From: Candidatus Omnitrophota bacterium
GTDB taxonomy: Bacteria > Omnitrophota > Omnitrophia > Omnitrophales > JACROU01
NCBI GenBank assembly: GCA_029261035.1
Contig: JAJDCD010000005.1
Span: 27,516-91,515 of the forward strand
DNA: 64,000 bases
Direction of reading: 5' to 3'
Position 1 is the stretch's first letter. Each line of letters starts with the position of its first letter. Positions 10,401 through 18,634 of this stretch are shown piece by piece. The position numbers and the translations under genes were made by a program. The notes under the pieces were generated by a model that was given only the letters and a program-made list of their open reading frames with translations, was not told the origin of the DNA and searched no databases.

Positions 10401-12032
10401 TATGAAGAAATTTACAAACAAGGTAAAGCACCTCTTTTGAAAGAGCTCATCGATTTACTTGCTTCTCAGGGTTATCCCTTTGGCGTTCTTGAAGGTCAAG
10501 AAGGGAGTATTACTTCTGTCTTAGAGCAGTTTGAGAAATTTTCAGCGCCTCTTCGTTTTTCAATGGCTCAAGGACGAGAAGAAATGATAGCGGGATTAGA
10601 TAGAAGTCAGCAGCAAGAGTTGGATCGTCTTATTGGAGAAATTAGATCGACAGATGTGGTATTAGATCGTTTAGACGCATTGTCTCCAAATGAATTTCCT
10701 ATTAAAACATTTTCTGATCTCAATAATTTTCAAGTTGCTCAAAGAATAGAAGAGTCCGTTTATTCAGATGTATTAAGTCAGGCGGATTTTCAGTTTAATT
10801 TTAACTCTAGACGAGTAGAAGGATTTTTGGAAGGAATTGTTCCGGAGGAAATTATTTTTGATTACTATAATCCAGTTGAGGCAAATGCACTTGGAGAACA
10901 AGTGGATGTGGAGTTAATGCAAAACCAGATTGCTATTGCAACGGATATTGCCTTTATTGTTGCTGGATTATCTCCGCCTAGTGGAAGAGATAAAACAGAC
11001 TATGAGCAGTCTGATTTTTCAGACTTCACTTTGTTTTTAGCAAATCTTAATGATGAAGATAGAGAAAATTTCCTTGTTAATTTAAGAGAAGGCGTGGCGA
11101 CGGCATTTAGTACTCAATTGGATTTGAATAATATAACTCAAATAGCAGAGCAGCTGACATCGGCCTCAGGGCAACGCTCAAACGAAGAGTTGTTAACTCA
11201 ATTGCGTTTGGCTACAGGTTTAGAATTATTAGATCTTTCTGATGTTGCTTTAGAGACGTTGCGTGAAACTTTGATTGCCCCTGTACAAGTACAAGTGGCC
11301 CAATCGCAGTTGGTAAATCAGTTTGATGCTCAATATGTCGATATGACGCGGCGAATAGACTCTCCTCAAGAGTTGGATTTAATTGTAAAGGGCTTAGCAG
11401 ATTATTATAATCAAGTTCTTGAAGGTATTATTTCGAGTAGTCCAAGTATTAAGGAGTCTTTGATTGTTCAGTATGATGGGAAGTCCTTTTTGGCGACTGC
11501 TAAAAATTTAAATAATTTAATTGAGACTCTTGAGTCTGTAGGAGCTAGAGGTAAAGTAATTGTCCATCATGATCCGAATCTGACTCAAGCGATTAATGAT
11601 ATTTTTTCTCAGCTGAGAGAGGCGGGGTATGGAAATTTGCTTTCTAAAATTCAAAAATCACGTTACCCTCTCAACTTAAGAGGATCAGATGTGAATCGAC
11701 ATAGTCGTTTGGCCACACGTTCTGGATTTGGGTCTGTTGCTTATTTTGGCATTGAAAATGGAAGTGTTTTACAAGAGTCTAAAGAAGAGAATAAATTGCA
11801 AGGGGATGTTGAAAAGCTAGATCGTTTTCAACCCTTTGTTTCTCTTTTAAATCGATTTGCTGTGACTTTGGCTCAGGTTCCAAAAGAAAAGCAAGCTGAG
11901 CTTGTTTCGGAGTTTTCTAGTTTGGGAATTGAGATGACTCCTGAAGGTGTTCTTACCATTAATCTTCAATCTCTTATTAATCGTATTACTTCTGAGTATC
12001 AATCTAGGGCTAAGGTTAAGGTTGCTGCGTAA
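4416..12032 (+). CDS. Giant secreted protein (2538 aa), a member of a paralogous family with a conserved N-terminal His-motif domain (~nt 4580-6040), a shared C-terminal module, and an -AA end.
   Basis: The ORF is uninterrupted and an SD GGAG lies 7 nt upstream. The N-terminus has a hydrophobic signal or anchor segment. It is ~60-70% identical to the 3765-aa ORF over the first ~560 aa and the last ~150 aa. Motifs are YLQDAHC, ALEGG, FYEAAIKRDRIL, VVTGGFHTDGI and TPRIT. The SxxSLG motif occurs 3-4 times. The protein ends ...VKVAA. Confidence 0.85.
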   Translation: MRYEKYHSTQKLFSVHSLGEKVGSSFLIIFFLLSTLFVSPESLLAETVTHQKPSVYSISQVNQIHIPKEFGIVEEVYHSSSPAKNNPMIVYLQDAHCIYEAQSNIRKIIDTLQKKNGLRLIALEGGEGGLDTDLFRSFPVQAVKEKVIDDYVRRGELSGAEYAAIVNEKSSDYWGIEDMVVYYENKNAFLESIDDKKRIDLKLDDLDRWLKKKKDEIYSNPLKDNFKEYEAYEKEYITLLDYLNYLKEQWIQAGKSLTEFASIQTLLEAINREKQMDFTQVQSEAVRLEKVLERRYKSEIRSGSTTSKVSFQDLEARRSLFGEGKSQKDQFYPWIWARVIEEDLVAEDSSNDSYPHFLSYIKHLQELENIKGESLFNELEKMNQGIKDSLFQNEEQRTLDQLFYNLKILRNLSKLELTREELEYYHKNRESLSEKSFWDFMGRELGRLELDDLFKSHERFYEAAIKRDRILYQNLMDLLKEKKQDFAMVVTGGFHTDGIKERLKAKGFSYMVVTPRITQFDEETPYWDVMQGNVSYAKYKKTFTLAPELALQVYNEAIEAAIVDSFVSAIEADLPEVLNSWRDNVLTQDLDREVAAQYTTTIDRLIDRLVLGLEQTQINPELIQGVSETLRLYLQGERDAVVQKVDQLQARILQLQTQKVVSKAAVSAELGSSFPEFALQEGVFQASSLGAIVTISEANLSSFNRLLDFVDAESIRDFLINTISSVDVESQLEMLERLLTRNSGENVKIGIPMTLAVEQMVAVYQLKIGDDLGGKRNRDLVKISKLEMAKNLLKQIKQTKDSGKPLSAEGLELMTGLFNMLQPMFDRTGANLESMTNVLIRRDDSGVAPFLSDNEAVFIIDHIYPISFINKKDPTYLLGDALIAAQKAALIGLKNRYQYEVDVSSKRGVVFGIQQALLEQFHTDYLALVQENLNKTAETNSKLKVILDQNPSLLSDRELFGEGKIRAKYAYKTGAQINELIPTLGLGIQSLQELGNDKASENIANKISKLIVPELEDIVEEVKLSQLKSLNILNQNFYNLGRIPSDVRFNAYNRRGPPRVNDFSGLWSNANLPGIDIVVGELLEQLKKDKVDDKIEPLLPEITDYLIRLLEEALAFTERNPRHHLLFNELFFTSQVRELLQREFNPNALEEMQVALGGNRLPERLNHKTFTKGDEHFTLFRDQSGKVNYLFVDFDNFQVLDLLQRQLNVLPNDDGTFFDLHAQVDLALEALIASKEEITSQDLQEMLDRILDQVEVVLDLSDEETQKYLERHNMDPETFEKYGEIYNDKEGVFVSVPVRRVSVDTKTKYEDKRRLTGKIGNIGFSSSLTSELNLSREDSLETLYNKLESILGSGGVAVDMLKGLNRRGENVELNSTEYGQIWGDFFKKEALEKVNKKNILRELNSTELQNMDEEGKGIAVQLILNLKEEVHENRVYVIGELADLALQYGIEFAVVEGFVKMMDGLELEQPDIISAQSLGNAQISELLIQDLVQGNSPEEIRDYLKTEDVEEQIRGIGSLLAGANIRSFQREQPGQFQELFTELDVESRQRVINAAVKIATVKKKLANFLQIQNPNNLNSLIQRFRNLKVDEDPGVIMLRFLSEEGRREEFKSRMTQLQFRNDLRDYVREVVAELPAKVIPINRTQAKPHVENQIPFDLRREDALLFKDMAELLRNQNQTDTAPILRLRGKVRYAGRNLVGAGTTPTERGIRALTEQYGLEAPTSDIQTTTEELLRKMKQRYVHLLGAQVALGIQNSDELTQFLERISQQEIPILTGIEGFDLLEELIDDQKLKEIAPGVSHSFLVNQRGKRSLAVLRPNEIMFFKQFTSVKERVEAQLMGKRLEREISLSKLYPQSGVTERILDLAQKNREGERILGLVKHFKRRYPSQNERDRWLTAASELGVNRVYKREVSKRSRDVEQARKRLNEISSKIARRKNSIFSRFFNIEALESQREQLRRTYQAALEEKSSFKEKWSLNPETGKYQLAPSSNISFSYEEIYKQGKAPLLKELIDLLASQGYPFGVLEGQEGSITSVLEQFEKFSAPLRFSMAQGREEMIAGLDRSQQQELDRLIGEIRSTDVVLDRLDALSPNEFPIKTFSDLNNFQVAQRIEESVYSDVLSQADFQFNFNSRRVEGFLEGIVPEEIIFDYYNPVEANALGEQVDVELMQNQIAIATDIAFIVAGLSPPSGRDKTDYEQSDFSDFTLFLANLNDEDRENFLVNLREGVATAFSTQLDLNNITQIAEQLTSASGQRSNEELLTQLRLATGLELLDLSDVALETLRETLIAPVQVQVAQSQLVNQFDAQYVDMTRRIDSPQELDLIVKGLADYYNQVLEGIISSSPSIKESLIVQYDGKSFLATAKNLNNLIETLESVGARGKVIVHHDPNLTQAINDIFSQLREAGYGNLLSKIQKSRYPLNLRGSDVNRHSRLATRSGFGSVAYFGIENGSVLQESKEENKLQGDVEKLDRFQPFVSLLNRFAVTLAQVPKEKQAELVSEFSSLGIEMTPEGVLTINLQSLINRITSEYQSRAKVKVAA

Positions 12033-12099
12033 GTAAGCAGAGATGTGGTGTGTCGGGAACATTCCAGTTTCTTAAAGTTATAAATGTTGGGGGGTGTGC

Positions 12100-12245
12100 T
12101 GGGGGTGAAACAAGATCGGTATCGAGCCTATCTTGTTTCTTGGGTTTATTGTGTTTCGTTATTGTGTAAATAACGAAACGCTTATTTGTTATTGGATATA
12201 TATAGATGCAGGGATAAAGGCTTTGTATGGGGGTGAAATTTGGGG
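12100..12245 (+). repeat. ~130-nt two-hairpin intergenic element, copy A. Hairpin 1 is 12107-12139 and hairpin 2 is 12153-12179, followed by a GGGATAAAGGC block.
   Basis: It is conserved with copy B at 60375-60515. Hairpin 1 shows compensatory changes between copies (gat/atc versus ata/tat). Hairpin 2 is gtttcgttat-tgtgtaa-ataacgaaac. Confidence 0.7.
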
Positions 12246-12430
12246 AGAGGATTTATTTTTTTTGCTTTAGAATAGCGTAACCCTTTTATTTTAAATAAGG
12301 TATGAGTTTTTAGAGGGGTGTTTTTATGGGGGATTGTATGGTGGAAACATTTGCTTTTTGGGGGGTTATAGGTTAACTTTGTACCTCGTGTTTAAAGGAC
12401 CCAAATCCATAAGAACGAGGTAATTTTTTA

Positions 12431-15400
12431 TTGAAAATCAATATCTTCCAAAAACTCATCCTTAGTAGTCTGGTGCTTCAGCTTGTGTTGAGTCCTTCAC
12501 TCTCATTTTCCCAAAATAGTGTTGAGGTGAGTTCTTTCGTAGATCAGCAAACACAAACAATTCAAAAATATTCTAAAGATCAAGTTCGTCAAAAAACCGT
12601 TATGAACTTATCCTCTGAAGATGCTAAAAATGAAATTACTCAAGAAGCGGCACGGTTATTAAACCAAAAAAGAGTCCCTTTATCTCGAATAACAACCTTA
12701 CTATCAAGAGCTCGTCCAATGAGTGCAGCAAGCTTAGGTGAAAAGGTCCCTCAATATCTTACACGCAGTTTTTTAGTTTCTCCTTCTAAAGAAGCTCTAG
12801 AGAACTCTTCTTATAAAGATCAATTGGTAGTGCGCCTTGGAGATGACGATAAAATTAGTTTTGGAGATAACCTTCCAACGGATATCACAGATCAACGTCG
12901 AAAATTAATGGTAGATGTTAGAAGTATAAAAAATAAACTAGTAACGTATTTTCCTCAACTTAAAGATATTGCTTGGGAGTTCGTATTCTATCCAGATGAG
13001 CCTGTAGTTTTGGTCGAGGGTGATAGTGAGACTACTCTTCGCATCGATTTTGAATTATTGAACTATATTAATTTGTTGGTTGTTGCAATAACGGATTTGA
13101 CTCTGAGTTATGAATTAAGAGGGTACGACAATTCTGCTTTAGTAAAAATATTTAGTGTGTCTCGAGCTGTGAATATATTGATGAATATAGATAAGAAAGA
13201 AATTGATTGGTTGGTTGCGCGAGTTGATGGCAGTCGTAAAAGTGTGTATGGGGAGATTTTGAAGAGTTTCGCGGGTAAAGGAACGAATAGTTGGGTTAAA
13301 GATAATAGCCAGAAGTCGGAACTAATAAGGCGGTTAGTTGAGTTAATCCCTGTTAATAAAGAAGAGTTAAGGGAAGTGCTAACTCAATTAAGGAATGACC
13401 AGTTAGTTGCTATGGCAAAAATGGTATTTACCTTATCTATCGTATTCGAGTCTTGGTCTGAAGAGAGAGATTTGAATTTAACCCGGTTGTTAAAAATAAA
13501 ACCTGTAGGATTGTATAACAAAATTGAGCAAGTGAATGATTATCATGCGGCTTTGAAAATGATAGAACAGTTTGAATCAAAAGTAGAAAATGGGACTTTG
13601 ATGTATGAGGATTTAAAATCTTCGAGTGAAGAGCGTAAAACATTGATGGAAACCGTTTTTATTTTAATGGTGCGAGAACGTAAATTTGATTTATTGATAG
13701 CTGTATTTAATGTATATGTGAATTCAAACATGAACCCCAACTTGCTGTTAACACCCTTATTTAATACTTTGTATGCTTCGCAACGCCACTACGGTGCATG
13801 GATTTCGTCGCGTCAGTTAGCCGAGGCTTTGGCATATGTCGTCCAAAATACGGAGAATGATATTGTAAGTGAATCGATTAAAAAATTTCCTAGTGTTCCT
13901 TGGTTGAAAATGTCAAAAGAAAATAGAATAAGTGTTGGCAAGTGGCTTGAGCACTATTTGAATGGAAGTGAAGACAAGGGTGGCGAGATTTTTCTGAGTA
14001 AGTTTATGCCAGCAGTTTCCCAGGTGGAATTTGATGATGATTTGGTTTTTGCATCGAATCGAGGTGCTTCAGATAAATATGGGAGATTAAGTCTTGAAGA
14101 ATATAGCATGTTGTCAGATTCTGTTCAAAGAAAGAAAAAGTATGTGGCTTTAGCAGAAGTAGAAAAAGAGATCGGTGGAAATCGTGAAAAAATTTTTAAC
14201 CGTACGGGAAAGACTTTTTTAAGGAACCCACCGTTTCCAATTCAATTAGTTGATGATGGTCATCTTAGAACGTTAAAAATTGATTTTGAAATTTTTAATA
14301 ATAGAACAGCTGTTTATAAAGCGAGTTTGGGTGAAATTAGAGATGAGTTTTATTTGCAGAATGCCCCTCAAAGTTTTGCGCTTAAAAAACTTTTTGCTCT
14401 CGTTAATTTTCTTGATGTTTTGGTTGGTGCTTCTGTCGAAGAAAAGAAATTTGTGACACAAAGAGCGATTCAGTCTCAGAGGTACTCGTTAGCGGCTTTT
14501 CTCAGTCATTTTGAGCAAGAAGGGTATGAAAGAGAACCGTGGGGTAATAAAAAGTGGAGAAAGAACATTTTTGAGATTTTAAAAGAGTCATTTCCTGAAT
14601 TGAACGAAAGTATTGAGAGTTTGGAATTGTTGGATTCAGATGTCTTGAGACAACAACTATCTGATCTCGAGAATGAAAGAAAAACGGAGAAGTTGTGGGA
14701 ACATTTAGCAGAGTTACTTTTTGAGGATATATTGCATTCGGGACAGTTTTTTAGGGTGTTTGATGAGATTGTGAGTGGATTGGTTTATTTGAAACAAAGC
14801 AGTCAATCAGATCGTTTGGAGCAGTTTTTGACTTTGCTTTTGCAGACTCATAATGGGAGAGATAAACTCTTTGAAGCAGTGCATAAGACTTTAAAAGAGG
14901 ATGAAAGTCGACCGTCATTAGATGAAAAAGATGTTGCGGAGATCCTTTTAGTTTTAGAGAAGTTACTTAAGAGCAGTTTGGAGAGAGGGGTGAGGTTTAG
15001 AGCTCATCCAGAAACGAAAGTTAAATATGGTCTTACAAAAGAGATCTTCCAAAAAATAAAAAGACATTATGAAGAGGGAAGAACGGTTGTGGAAGCCAGT
15101 AGTTTAGGGAAATCCTATTTTGATCCAGCGACACTGAATGATCGTCATCAAATGTTGGTGATTGATTTAAACTCCTTTTCTCTTACTCCTTATTTTTCGA
15201 AACAATTGATTCGATTTTTAGAAGAGTCTAAAAATAAGCAGATACAATTATTAGTTTCTCGTTTTCCACAAATTGCAGAATTGAAAAAAGAGTTTAAAGC
15301 GCTAGGTATTCAAGATAGAGAGCTAAAGCAAATACAGTTTATTGTTAATCCATTAATTTCTTCAGGGCATATGAGCGAACTGTCTGAATCCCTTGAAAAA

Positions 15401-15775
15401 TGGAAAATGAATTTGAGTTCTGCAAATTCTGGATCAGCTACGGATATTGCTTTTGTTTCAGATTTTGATTTATTAGAGCGTTTACAAGAAAATAGGATTC
15501 ATTCTGTAGCTCTGGACCGTGTTTTTCAGGAACAAAGAAAAGAACTGTTAGATATTTCAAATATTCATGGGGCAGAGAGGCATGCTGCGATAGGGACCTT
15601 ATTTAACCTTTCTTGGCAGCTGTTGAGCCAAGAAACCGTAGATGGCTTGTCTTATCGATTAGAGAGAGACGGAAACACGGGTATCTATGTAGCTCGACTT
15701 GAGTTTTTAAGGGAAGCTATTCAAGATTGGCTTTCTGATTTTCAATCAAAACAACTTATTGAACAAGCTGCGTAG
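12431..15775 (+). CDS. Large secreted protein (1114 aa), related to the giant family only through SxxSLG motifs and the -AA terminus. It lacks the N-terminal family domain.
   Basis: It has a TTG start (in the ORF track) and a signal-peptide-like N-terminus (LILSSLVLQLVLSPSLSFSQ). There is an internal duplication (TTLRIDFELLNY ~13030 versus RTLKIDFEIFNN ~14265). Motifs are SAASLG, YKASLG and EASSLG. It ends ...IEQAA. Confidence 0.75.
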   Translation: MKINIFQKLILSSLVLQLVLSPSLSFSQNSVEVSSFVDQQTQTIQKYSKDQVRQKTVMNLSSEDAKNEITQEAARLLNQKRVPLSRITTLLSRARPMSAASLGEKVPQYLTRSFLVSPSKEALENSSYKDQLVVRLGDDDKISFGDNLPTDITDQRRKLMVDVRSIKNKLVTYFPQLKDIAWEFVFYPDEPVVLVEGDSETTLRIDFELLNYINLLVVAITDLTLSYELRGYDNSALVKIFSVSRAVNILMNIDKKEIDWLVARVDGSRKSVYGEILKSFAGKGTNSWVKDNSQKSELIRRLVELIPVNKEELREVLTQLRNDQLVAMAKMVFTLSIVFESWSEERDLNLTRLLKIKPVGLYNKIEQVNDYHAALKMIEQFESKVENGTLMYEDLKSSSEERKTLMETVFILMVRERKFDLLIAVFNVYVNSNMNPNLLLTPLFNTLYASQRHYGAWISSRQLAEALAYVVQNTENDIVSESIKKFPSVPWLKMSKENRISVGKWLEHYLNGSEDKGGEIFLSKFMPAVSQVEFDDDLVFASNRGASDKYGRLSLEEYSMLSDSVQRKKKYVALAEVEKEIGGNREKIFNRTGKTFLRNPPFPIQLVDDGHLRTLKIDFEIFNNRTAVYKASLGEIRDEFYLQNAPQSFALKKLFALVNFLDVLVGASVEEKKFVTQRAIQSQRYSLAAFLSHFEQEGYEREPWGNKKWRKNIFEILKESFPELNESIESLELLDSDVLRQQLSDLENERKTEKLWEHLAELLFEDILHSGQFFRVFDEIVSGLVYLKQSSQSDRLEQFLTLLLQTHNGRDKLFEAVHKTLKEDESRPSLDEKDVAEILLVLEKLLKSSLERGVRFRAHPETKVKYGLTKEIFQKIKRHYEEGRTVVEASSLGKSYFDPATLNDRHQMLVIDLNSFSLTPYFSKQLIRFLEESKNKQIQLLVSRFPQIAELKKEFKALGIQDRELKQIQFIVNPLISSGHMSELSESLEKWKMNLSSANSGSATDIAFVSDFDLLERLQENRIHSVALDRVFQEQRKELLDISNIHGAERHAAIGTLFNLSWQLLSQETVDGLSYRLERDGNTGIYVARLEFLREAIQDWLSDFQSKQLIEQAA

Positions 15776-16007
15776 TCGACTTTTTCGATTGTGCGTTATG
15801 GTTGTATTTGTCATTGTGAGACTGGGGAAATTGGGTCGTGGCAATCTTAGGAAAATTGTTATTAAATGATTCCTTTGTCTGAGATGGCCTCGGCTATTCC
15901 GCTATAGCCTCTCAATGACGGGTCTTTTAGCTATGAGCTAATGGCTGACAGCTGTAATCTTTTATGTCATAATAAGTACCTAAACTTATATTTTTGGAGG
16001 ATCTATT

Positions 16008-17588
16008 ATGTTTAATAAAGCATTCCTTACTTTTTCTATCGTAGTTGTTTCTTTCTTTTTAAATTCAAGTGGTGTACAAGCTCAAGCAGTAAGTGAGATT
16101 GAAATTATTTTTGATGCATCTCGGAGTATGAATGATGCTCAAGCTGGAACCAGTAAATTGATGGCGGCTAAACAGGCTTTAAGTACTGTGGCGAGTCAAA
16201 TTCAGGCCGGAAGCAATGTGGGACTTCGTGTTTTTGGTAAAACTCCAGTAAGAGGAAATGTGAAAGACTCCTGTGTGGATTCAAAATTAGTTATTCCGAT
16301 TCAGCCATTCCAGAGTATAGCGATGATTAGCCAAGTAAATGCACTTCAAGCACATGGCCAAACGGCAATCGGATACTCGCTGAAATTAGCAGCGAATGAT
16401 TTTACTGCTGGAGCTAAAAAATCCATTATCTTAATCAGTGACGGGGAAGAAAGTTGTGGAATGAATCCCATTGATGTTATTGCGGATTTAAAGGCGCAAG
16501 GAATTGATATTGTGATTCATACCGTAGGGTTTGATGTGAACCCAAAAGCGCGGGCTCAATTGCAGCAAATTTCTGAATTTACAGGTGGAACTTATGCGGA
16601 TGCGAGAAATGCAGGGGAGTTGAAGGCATCCCTGACTCAAGTGGTTCAAAATGCAGATCTTTTATTGAAGCCACAGCGTGGAGAGGGTGAAAATATTTTG
16701 TCAGCATCGAGTGGAACTCGTATTGTGTTTTCGAGTACAGAGGAATTCGCAAAGTTAATTGACGGTAAAGAAGATCAAACAGGGCCCTTGTACAATGCTC
16801 AGGAAGTTGTGTTCTCATTTAAAGATAATAATCCTATTCTTCTAGAGAAGTTTGCAATTCCAGTTTTTAAACAAGGTAGTTACAATGTTGGAACTGTTGA
16901 ACTTTTCGGATCTTATTCTGATCCTGATTCAGGATATTTTCCGGTCGCTTTAATTCAAGTTAAAAACCGTGTATTTTATGAAAATGTATATCAAGAATTT
17001 ACAATAGATCCGCCCAAAGCTCTAAAATATTTAAAAGCTGTTATGGGTTATGGATCTTCAGGTAGCCAAGCTTACTCTTCTGAATGGAAGGCGTATGGGG
17101 AGTTTTTAGAAGAAGATGAATTTAAGAAATATATGAAAGCAGAAGAGAAGAAAGAGAAGAATATTTTAGCTGCTAATAATGGCGGGCAATTGATAGCGGC
17201 AAGTAATGTGAACTTTAAATACCTTATTGACGGCACAGATCGTTCTCATGGACAGTCTGTCTCGATTCAACCAATACAGGAGGGTATTTTCGGATTTAAA
17301 GATGGGAAAACTGCTCTTATTAATAAAATGGCTATACCTATATTGGAATCTTCTGATAAGAATGTAAAGACAGTTGAGATCCTGGTATCTACATCTAGCC
17401 CAACAAGTGGTTATGAAAGTGTCGGTACATTTGAAACGATGAATCTTGTTTTTGCTGGGAACCCATATCAGGAATTTGTATTTGAAAAACCAGTTAAAGC
17501 AAAATATTTAAAAATTGTTGTTAAGGCAACTCATGGATTGTACTACTGCAATTTTCACGAATTACAAGCCTTTGGAACAGTTGAGTAA
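16008..17588 (+). CDS. Secreted von Willebrand factor type A (vWA) domain protein with two tandem C-terminal ~110-aa repeats.
   Basis: A signal peptide is present. The MIDAS motif D-x-S-x-S (DASRS) is present, with ...ILISDGEE downstream. The C-terminal repeats are FAIPVFKQGSYNVGTVELFGSYSDPDSGY... and MAIPILESSDKNVKTVEILVSTSSPTSGY... An RBS GGAGG is present. Confidence 0.75.
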   Translation: MFNKAFLTFSIVVVSFFLNSSGVQAQAVSEIEIIFDASRSMNDAQAGTSKLMAAKQALSTVASQIQAGSNVGLRVFGKTPVRGNVKDSCVDSKLVIPIQPFQSIAMISQVNALQAHGQTAIGYSLKLAANDFTAGAKKSIILISDGEESCGMNPIDVIADLKAQGIDIVIHTVGFDVNPKARAQLQQISEFTGGTYADARNAGELKASLTQVVQNADLLLKPQRGEGENILSASSGTRIVFSSTEEFAKLIDGKEDQTGPLYNAQEVVFSFKDNNPILLEKFAIPVFKQGSYNVGTVELFGSYSDPDSGYFPVALIQVKNRVFYENVYQEFTIDPPKALKYLKAVMGYGSSGSQAYSSEWKAYGEFLEEDEFKKYMKAEEKKEKNILAANNGGQLIAASNVNFKYLIDGTDRSHGQSVSIQPIQEGIFGFKDGKTALINKMAIPILESSDKNVKTVEILVSTSSPTSGYESVGTFETMNLVFAGNPYQEFVFEKPVKAKYLKIVVKATHGLYYCNFHELQAFGTVE

Positions 17589-17624
17589 ATAGCTTTAAGC
17601 TGATAGCTTGGACAGGGAAGTTTA

Positions 17625-18392
17625 ATGTTAAAAATATTATCTTGGAATGTGAATGGGATCCGTGCGGGGGAAAGAAAAGGGTTTTTGGATTGGCTTCAGA
17701 AAGAGCAGCCTGATATTCTGGGTGTTCAGGAAACGAAGGCGCATCCAGAACAGTTGAGTCAGGCGTTGTTGAACCCTCCTGGCTATGAAGTTCATTGGCA
17801 TTGGGCTACAACTCGAAAGGGTTATAGTGGTGTTGCGACGTTTACGAAAGTAAAACCTCTTTCTGTGAAGCGTGGTTTTAACATTGAGCGCTTTGATGCT
17901 GAAGGAAGAGTCATTGAGCTCGAGTTTAAAGATTTTAATTTTTTAAACATTTATTTCCCAAATGGAAAAGCTAGAGAAGAACGTCTTCGATATAAGATGG
18001 ATTTTTATAAAGAGACTTTGAAGTATGCTCAAAAACTCCGAAAAAAAGGAAAGAAACTTATAATTTCTGGAGACTACAATACCGCACATAAAGAAATAGA
18101 TTTACACCGTCCCAAAGAAAATTCCAAAGTTTCAGGTTTTCTTCCTGAAGAACGAGAGTGGATGGATCAATATATTGAAAAGGGTTTTCTGGATTCTTTT
18201 CGTCTTTATAATCAAGAGCCTGAACAGTATTCTTGGTGGGATATGCAAACCCGAGCGAGAGACCGGAATGTTGGCTGGAGAATTGATTATAATTTTGTAA
18301 CAGAAGATTTAAAACCTCGATTAAAAGATGCTTTCATTATGCAAGATGTCATGGGAAGTGACCACTGCCCAGTAGGAATCAAATTAGCGTAA
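17625..18392 (+). CDS. xth: Exodeoxyribonuclease III (EEP superfamily AP endonuclease).
   Basis: The N-terminal motif LSWNVNGIRA...GVQETK matches, and the 255-aa length is typical. Confidence 0.88.
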   Translation: MLKILSWNVNGIRAGERKGFLDWLQKEQPDILGVQETKAHPEQLSQALLNPPGYEVHWHWATTRKGYSGVATFTKVKPLSVKRGFNIERFDAEGRVIELEFKDFNFLNIYFPNGKAREERLRYKMDFYKETLKYAQKLRKKGKKLIISGDYNTAHKEIDLHRPKENSKVSGFLPEEREWMDQYIEKGFLDSFRLYNQEPEQYSWWDMQTRARDRNVGWRIDYNFVTEDLKPRLKDAFIMQDVMGSDHCPVGIKLA

Positions 18393-18397
18393 AGCGC

Positions 18398-18438
18398 AAA
18401 AAGGGACTGTCCCCAAAGGGGACTGTCCCTTTTTTTTA
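18398..18438 (+). terminator. Rho-independent terminator after xth.
   Basis: The hairpin is gggactgtcccc-aaa-ggggactgtccc, followed by T8. Confidence 0.8.
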
Positions 18439-18601
18439 TTTCTATTACCCACTATCAAAACCCAAGTTTATAAACGAATTTAATTAACGTAACCAATTTA
18501 TATATATAGGCTTACAAATAGACCAAACCTCTATTCGCTGTAACATAGAGTATATGCTACACTTTTATTAATGTAAGTTCAGTCGTGTAGGGCTCATATA
18601 G

Positions 18602-18614
18602 CTAGCTAGGCAGC
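18602..18614 (+). promoter_or_regulatory. Conserved 13-mer CTAGCTAGGCAGC upstream of the 3765-aa giant gene.
   Basis: It is identical to 4385-4397. An SD AGGAGA lies 5 nt before the ATG. Confidence 0.45.
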
Positions 18615-18634
18615 GGATATATGAGGAGAAGCTT

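Noticed and set aside
12085-12375. G-runs (G6) read as possible G-quadruplex-forming DNA.
   Set aside because: The runs are only two or three, irregularly spaced, and separated by more than 7 nt, so they do not make a canonical four-tract G4. They are kept only as a sequence-motif observation.
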